From assembly GCA_015231435.1 (NCBI GenBank), contig JADGBN010000002.1:1-61698 (forward strand): a stretch of 61,698 bases of DNA, written 5' to 3'. The DNA comes from Gammaproteobacteria bacterium (GTDB lineage Bacteria > Pseudomonadota > Gammaproteobacteria > Thiohalomonadales > Thiohalomonadaceae). A model generated the notes under the pieces. It was not told where the DNA came from and searched no databases. It was given only the letters and a program-made list of their open reading frames with translations. A program made the position numbers and the translations under genes. This document shows positions 56,653 through 61,698 of the stretch, in pieces (the first letter of the stretch is position 1; every line of letters begins with the position of its first letter).

Positions 56653-57576
56653 TTAACCTTGGTCGCTAAAAAACTGCGGATCCATCATCTCGATAAAACG
56701 GCGTGCGGTGGGCGTTAAAAACTTTCCCTTGCGCACGACAATGCCATAACTGCGCTTAGGAAAGTAGTTCCCCAAAGGGATACGCGCCACCGGATCATCG
56801 GCGGTGAGGCAGACATCGGTGACAATGGAGATCCCCAACCCCAGCGCCACATACTTTTTGACAATCTCCCACCCCCCGGCCTCCAGCGCCACCTGATAGC
56901 TGGCGTTATGCTGGGTAAAGACAAGATCAACAAGACGCCAGGTACTCAGGTGGCGCGGCGGCAGAATCAACCCGTAGGGGCTGATTTCATCAAGACGCAA
57001 CGACGTTTTACCCGCCAGCGGATGATCCAGCGGGGTAATCAGATAGGGGGCAAAGCTCAAGCTTGGCCGATAATCAATATCCTCCGGCACCTCAAGCATC
57101 GATCCGACCGCAAAATCGGCCTCATCGGCACGCAGCATCGCCATGCCATCGCGTCCGGTGACGTTATGCAGTTTCAGTTTGATACCCGGGTAGCTTTTGG
57201 CAAAGCGGGTAATCGCATCAGGAAGAATGTAGAGAATCGTCGATTCACCGGCGGCAATATTAATCTGGCCGCTCTCTAGCGAACCGTACTCGGCGGCAAA
57301 ACTCTCCGGCAGACGATCAATGCCATCGACCAGTGGACTCGCCAGGCGATAGAAGAGATCCCCCTCCGGGGTGAGATGAATACTTGGACCACGGCGCTCA
57401 AAAAGCGTGAGTTTCAGATCGCGCTCCAGCGCCTGAATCTGCAGGGTCACCGAAGGCTGGCTAAGACAGAGCAGATCCGCTGCTCGGGAGATGTTACCAA
57501 GACGCACCACATGGCAAAAAGCCCGCAATTTTTTCAGGCTATCCTGCTTGTAATAGAGGGTGTTCTGCGCAGCCAC
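56653..57576 (-). CDS. LysR-family transcriptional regulator
   Basis: 307 aa. N-terminal wHTH (LRAFCHVVRLGNISRAADLLCLSQPSVTLQIQALERDL). Divergent from the rnfB-like/PFOR pair. Confidence 0.85.
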   Translation of the reverse strand: MAAQNTLYYKQDSLKKLRAFCHVVRLGNISRAADLLCLSQPSVTLQIQALERDLKLTLFERRGPSIHLTPEGDLFYRLASPLVDGIDRLPESFAAEYGSLESGQINIAAGESTILYILPDAITRFAKSYPGIKLKLHNVTGRDGMAMLRADEADFAVGSMLEVPEDIDYRPSLSFAPYLITPLDHPLAGKTSLRLDEISPYGLILPPRHLSTWRLVDLVFTQHNASYQVALEAGGWEIVKKYVALGLGISIVTDVCLTADDPVARIPLGNYFPKRSYGIVVRKGKFLTPTARRFIEMMDPQFFSDQG

Positions 57577-57891
57577 TATGTCACTCGCAGAGGGGGGCTA
57601 TCACTCACACGCAGCGCTGTTTTTGACGACATAAGATTAAACCCCTCTATAGTCAGAATAGGTGCGCTGAATAGTAATGGTCTCTATTAAAAAAAACAAT
57701 TATACAACGCAAAACTATTACATTAGCCTTCACCACAGCTTTGAATTATCGCTATTTTTAACCTAATAAAGTGGCGATAACGGAGGAGACTGCCTTCAGG
57801 CAGCTGCTTTACGCCCTCACGACAACGCTATTAACTTATTAATTTAATACATATTTTCCACTCAAGCAGACCAACTGATTAAGGAGGCCTG

Positions 57892-58764
57892 ATGCTATCC
57901 ACACAACTATTGATTGCGACTGCCTTTATGGGTGGCTTGGGGCTCCTGCTGGCGCTGCTGCTCGCCTTTGCCAACCGCCGCCTCTTCGTCTATGAAGATC
58001 CCCGCATTGACGCAGTGGAAGAGATGCTGCCACACAGCAACTGCGGCGCCTGCGGCACCCCCGGTTGCCGATCCTTTGCGGAAAAGTTAATCAGCCACGA
58101 ACTCGCACCAGGAAAATGCACCGTCAACAGTGCCGCCATGAGTAGTGCCATTGCCGACTATCTTGGTGTTGAGGTGGGGAACGAAGAGAAGCGAATCGCC
58201 CGTCTTGCCTGTGCCGGCGGCTCGCATGTCGCCTATACCCGGGCCCGCTATGACGGCCTTAAAACCTGTCGCGCTGCGGCGCTGGTCTCCGGTGGCGGCA
58301 AAGGGTGTAGCTGGGCCTGTATTGGCCTTGGCGACTGCGAAACCGTCTGCGACTTTGATGCCATCACCCTTGATCGCTATGGCCTGCCGCAGGTCAATGC
58401 CGATCTCTGTACCGCTTGTGGCGACTGTGTTGAGGTCTGTCCCAAGGATCTCTTCTCGCTGCAACCGGTCAGCCACCACCTTTGGGTTAACTGTAAAAGT
58501 CTGGATAACGCCGATACCGCAGAGGCGGACTGCGAAGTGACCTGCAACGCCTGTGGTCGCTGTGCCGCAGACGCCCCTGAAGGGCTAATTACCATTCGCC
58601 ACAACCTCGCCACCATTGACTACAGCAAAAATGATCTCGCTTCACGCCTCGCTATTGAGCGCTGCCCAACCGGCGCTATCGTTTGGCTCGACGATCAACA
58701 GGGCATGATTAAGGGTAGTGGTGCCAAAAAGGTCATTCGCCGCGAACCTTTACCCCGCGGTTAA
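57892..58764 (+). CDS. RnfB-family iron-sulfur protein (membrane anchor, Fe-S domain, ferredoxin-type clusters)
   Basis: 290 aa. N-terminal TM, then LPHSNCGACGTPGC...GKC as in RnfB, followed by CxxCxxCxxxCP motifs (CTACGDCVEVCP). No other rnf genes are nearby. Confidence 0.7.
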   Translation: MLSTQLLIATAFMGGLGLLLALLLAFANRRLFVYEDPRIDAVEEMLPHSNCGACGTPGCRSFAEKLISHELAPGKCTVNSAAMSSAIADYLGVEVGNEEKRIARLACAGGSHVAYTRARYDGLKTCRAAALVSGGGKGCSWACIGLGDCETVCDFDAITLDRYGLPQVNADLCTACGDCVEVCPKDLFSLQPVSHHLWVNCKSLDNADTAEADCEVTCNACGRCAADAPEGLITIRHNLATIDYSKNDLASRLAIERCPTGAIVWLDDQQGMIKGSGAKKVIRREPLPRG

Positions 58765-58815
58765 ACCGCAGCAAACCAAAACAACATAACTAGCCAATTT
58801 GAGGAGAAAAACAGG

Positions 58816-61698
58816 GTGATAAATAAAAAGGCAGCATTTAAGTATCCGGGAAAGCGCATGGCCGTTGACGGCAACACGGCAGTGATTCTCTGTGAACGCG
58901 AATCCACCGACGCAGCGGGAGCCTACCCGATCACGCCCTCGACCCAAATGGGGGAGTACTGGGCCGAATTTGCCGCCAATGGCTATGTCAATAACGCCGG
59001 GCAACCCCTAATATTTATTGAGCCGGAGTCGGAGCATGCGGCGGCGGCGGTCACCGCTGGTTTGGCGATGACTGGTTTGCGCGCCACCAACTTCTCCTCG
59101 GCACAGGGCGTTGCCTTTATGCACGAGTCACTCTATACCGCCGTTGGCAAACACCTTCCCTACGTGCTTAATATCGGCTGCCGCGCCATCACCAAGGCGA
59201 GCCTTAACGTCCACTGCGCCCACGATGACTACCACGCGGTTGACGATACCGGCTTTTTTCAGTTAATGGCCAATAGCGCCCAAGCCGCTGCCGATCTGAA
59301 TATCATTAGCCATAAACTTGCCGAACTGGCGCTCATTCCCGGTATCATCGCCCAAGATGGCTTTCTCACCACCCACCTAATTGAGTCCATTCAACAACCT
59401 GAGCGCGAACTCATTAAAGCCTTTCTCGGCAATGCCAGCGATATAATTGACACCCCGACACCGGCACAGCGCATTCTCTACGGCGAGCGGCGGCGGCGTA
59501 TTCCAGCCATTTGGGATGTCGATAACCCAATGACTTCAGGAAGCGTTCAGAATCAGGATGCCTATATGCAGGCGGTGGCGGCGCAACGCCCCTACTTCTT
59601 CGACCACATTCCCGAACTTACCGACAGCGTGATGGAGGAGTTCTATCAACTCACCGGTCGCCGCTACGGACGGATTGGCTGCTACCGCTGTAACGATGCC
59701 GATTATCTTGTTGTCGGGCAGGGGAGTATGCTGATTACCGCACAGGCGGTTGCCGACTATCTGCGTGACAGCCGCAACATTAAGGTCGGGGTTCTTGATA
59801 TCACCATGTTCCGCCCCTTCCCCGGCGCCCTTATCGCTGCGGCGATTCAGCACAAAAAAGGGGTGGTTGTCCTTGAACGAACCGACCAGCCCCTCGCTGA
59901 AGATCTGCCCCTGGCACGCGAACTGCGCGCCGCCATGAGCAAGGCGATTGAGAATGGCATGGGCGATGCTAACCATCTTATTCACCCCAACTACCCGCGC
60001 TATCGCCGTCTTGAGGACACGCCGCGCATCTTCAGCGCCGCCTATGGTCTGGGGAGTCGCGATCTGCAACCGGAGGGGATTATCGGCGCGATTGAAAATA
60101 TGCTCCCCGGTGCGCCACAGCACAATTTCTTCTACCTTTCGGTCGATTTTATTCGTGACCAAGCCTCCAGCCCGAAACAGGAGATCTACCAGCAGGAGAT
60201 CCTTGCGGCCTACCCAAAGATTGCCGATCTCGCCGTCCACGGCAGCGAAAACCCCAATCTGATGCCCAAAGATGCGATCACCGTGCGGATGCACTCCGTC
60301 GGCGGCTGGGGGGCGATCACCACCGGAAAGAACCTCGCCATGACCCTCTTTGAGCTCTTGGACTTTGATATTAAGGCCAATCCCAAATATGGCTCGGAAA
60401 AAAAGGGGCAACCGACCACCTACTACCTTTCGGCAGCACCAGAGCCGATCCGCATTAATGCGGAGTACCACTTTGTTGATGTCGTGCTCTCCCCTGATCC
60501 CAACGTCTTTGAACACTCCGACCCGGTGAGTGGCCTAAAAAAGGGCGGTGTACTGGTGATTCAGAGCAGCCTTGGAAGCCCTGGGGCGGTCTGGGGAAGC
60601 TTCCCGGTTCGCTCGCAACGTTTTATTGCACAAAACCAGATCCGTGTTTTCTATATTGATGCTTTCAAAATTGCACGGGAGGAGGCCTCCGATGCGGAGC
60701 TGCAGTTTCGGATGCAGGGGATCGCCTTTCAGGGTGCCTTCTTTGCCGCCTCGCCGATCATGCAGGTGGCTGGATTTAATGAAAAAACCCTCTTTCGTGC
60801 CATTGAAGATCAGCTCCAGGCGAAATTTGGCAGCAAAGGGAAGCGTGTCGTCGAAGATAACTTGCGCGTTGTCCGCCGTGGTTATGAGGAGCTGACCGAG
60901 ATCACCGATATGACGATTATCGATATGGCGCAGCAGATCCTTCGCAAAGAGTCACATCTGCCGATCATGCTCAAAAGGGTGCCGGAGTCGCAAAGCCGTA
61001 TTGCCGATATTCACCGCTTCTGGGAGCAGACCGGTAATTTCTACATAAGCGGTCGGGGGAGCGACAACCTCGTCGATCCCTTTATCGGTCTAAGTCTGAT
61101 TCCCGCCTCCACCGGCATCTTCCGTGACATGACGCAAATCCGCTTTGACTACCCGCAGTGGATAGCCGAAAACTGCACCGCCTGCGGTAACTGCTACACC
61201 CTCTGCCCCGACAGTGCAATTCCGGGTCTGGTGAGCTCGATTGGCGATATTTTTGAAACCACTGTTAGCCGCATTGAGCGCCAGGGGCAGCCAACCCGCC
61301 ATCTGCGCCGTGCAGTGCGCACGCTTGAGAAGAAACTGCGCAGCGCGATTGGCGATGCAGGAGACGGCGCGTTGATTCGTCACCTGCTGCCCACCGCTAT
61401 CAATCAGGTGATCACCGAGTCGGAACTCAGTGGCGACGAGAAAAATCAGCTCGCCTCGGAGTTCAGCCTCTTTGATGAGGCGATGGTCGGTTTTGACTTT
61501 GCCGCCACCAAACCCTTCTTCTTTAATCCCGAGAAGAAGCAGAAGGGGAGTGGCGGACTCTTTTCGATTACGGTTAACCCCTACACCTGTAAAGGGTGTA
61601 TGGAGTGCGTCGATGTTTGCGAGGATGACGCCCTGCGTCCCGAACCGCAAACCGCCGACAAGGTAGCCAAACTGCGCAGCCATTGGGGTTACTGGCTC
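58816..61698 (+). CDS. Large single-chain 2-oxoacid (pyruvate):ferredoxin/flavodoxin oxidoreductase-like protein, 3' end off the window
   Basis: Absent from the ORF track because no stop occurs. Own translation from GTG 58816 (GAGGAG 9 nt upstream; ATG 58858 is an alternative start): ...MAVDGNTAVILCERESTDAAGAYPITPSTQMGEYW...SEHAAAAV..., later ENCTACGNCYTLCPD and YTCKGCMECVDVCED ferredoxin motifs. 961 open codons to the window end. Confidence 0.8.
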   Translation, partial: MINKKAAFKYPGKRMAVDGNTAVILCERESTDAAGAYPITPSTQMGEYWAEFAANGYVNNAGQPLIFIEPESEHAAAAVTAGLAMTGLRATNFSSAQGVAFMHESLYTAVGKHLPYVLNIGCRAITKASLNVHCAHDDYHAVDDTGFFQLMANSAQAAADLNIISHKLAELALIPGIIAQDGFLTTHLIESIQQPERELIKAFLGNASDIIDTPTPAQRILYGERRRRIPAIWDVDNPMTSGSVQNQDAYMQAVAAQRPYFFDHIPELTDSVMEEFYQLTGRRYGRIGCYRCNDADYLVVGQGSMLITAQAVADYLRDSRNIKVGVLDITMFRPFPGALIAAAIQHKKGVVVLERTDQPLAEDLPLARELRAAMSKAIENGMGDANHLIHPNYPRYRRLEDTPRIFSAAYGLGSRDLQPEGIIGAIENMLPGAPQHNFFYLSVDFIRDQASSPKQEIYQQEILAAYPKIADLAVHGSENPNLMPKDAITVRMHSVGGWGAITTGKNLAMTLFELLDFDIKANPKYGSEKKGQPTTYYLSAAPEPIRINAEYHFVDVVLSPDPNVFEHSDPVSGLKKGGVLVIQSSLGSPGAVWGSFPVRSQRFIAQNQIRVFYIDAFKIAREEASDAELQFRMQGIAFQGAFFAASPIMQVAGFNEKTLFRAIEDQLQAKFGSKGKRVVEDNLRVVRRGYEELTEITDMTIIDMAQQILRKESHLPIMLKRVPESQSRIADIHRFWEQTGNFYISGRGSDNLVDPFIGLSLIPASTGIFRDMTQIRFDYPQWIAENCTACGNCYTLCPDSAIPGLVSSIGDIFETTVSRIERQGQPTRHLRRAVRTLEKKLRSAIGDAGDGALIRHLLPTAINQVITESELSGDEKNQLASEFSLFDEAMVGFDFAATKPFFFNPEKKQKGSGGLFSITVNPYTCKGCMECVDVCEDDALRPEPQTADKVAKLRSHWGYWL

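Noticed and set aside
59536-60516. 326-aa minus-strand ORF (and 61090-61683, 197 aa)
   Set aside because: Both lie antisense inside the strongly conserved PFOR-like frame. Their sequences are low-complexity with no recognisable motifs, typical shadow ORFs of G+C-rich coding DNA.

Overview
This 61.7 kb window looks like gammaproteobacterial chromosome and is mostly core genes. By eye I saw no rRNA, tRNA, CRISPR array or intact mobile element.

Gene content, left to right:
- A livKHMG-type ABC importer.
- A membrane PAS-GGDEF-EAL sensor.
- lpxB, rfbB, purB and a small Cys4 hypothetical.
- A two-subunit 2-oxoacid:ferredoxin oxidoreductase (korAB-like) followed by a pentapeptide-repeat protein.
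- A nitric-oxide reductase cluster, norC-norB-norE-norF-like-norQ, with an FNR/DNR-type box upstream.
- A roughly 7 kb low-G+C islet with three signalling genes.
- A convergent class II cytochrome c (c'-like) gene, then ligA-zipA-smc.
- queF, cysZ, yihY.
- The conserved minus-strand block rpsB-tsf-pyrH-frr-uppS-cdsA-dxr-rseP-bamA-skp-lpxD-fabZ-lpxA.
- A tkt-gap-pgk-pyk-fba sugar-phosphate operon.
- A MazG-like gene, a LysR regulator, and an rnfB-like gene followed by a large PFOR-like gene that runs off the window.

Observations most worth a second look:
1. The compositionally foreign three-gene islet sits where norD would be expected. It encodes a kinase-less CheB-CheR-PAS protein, ATGA-coupled to a PAS-GAF-PAS-GGDEF-EAL protein, plus an orphan PAS-like/Cys4 protein.
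2. lpxD and fabZ are joined in frame through a Pro/Ser-rich linker.
3. gap carries a single in-frame TGA at the conserved Trp codon.
4. There is a 132-bp nested-palindrome REP-like element. A half copy of it forms the right edge of the islet, and decayed RAYT-like and Rpn-like gene stubs lie at a synteny break between rpsB and fba.

I could not identify a defence system or any other clearly new system with confidence. The islet is the best candidate.
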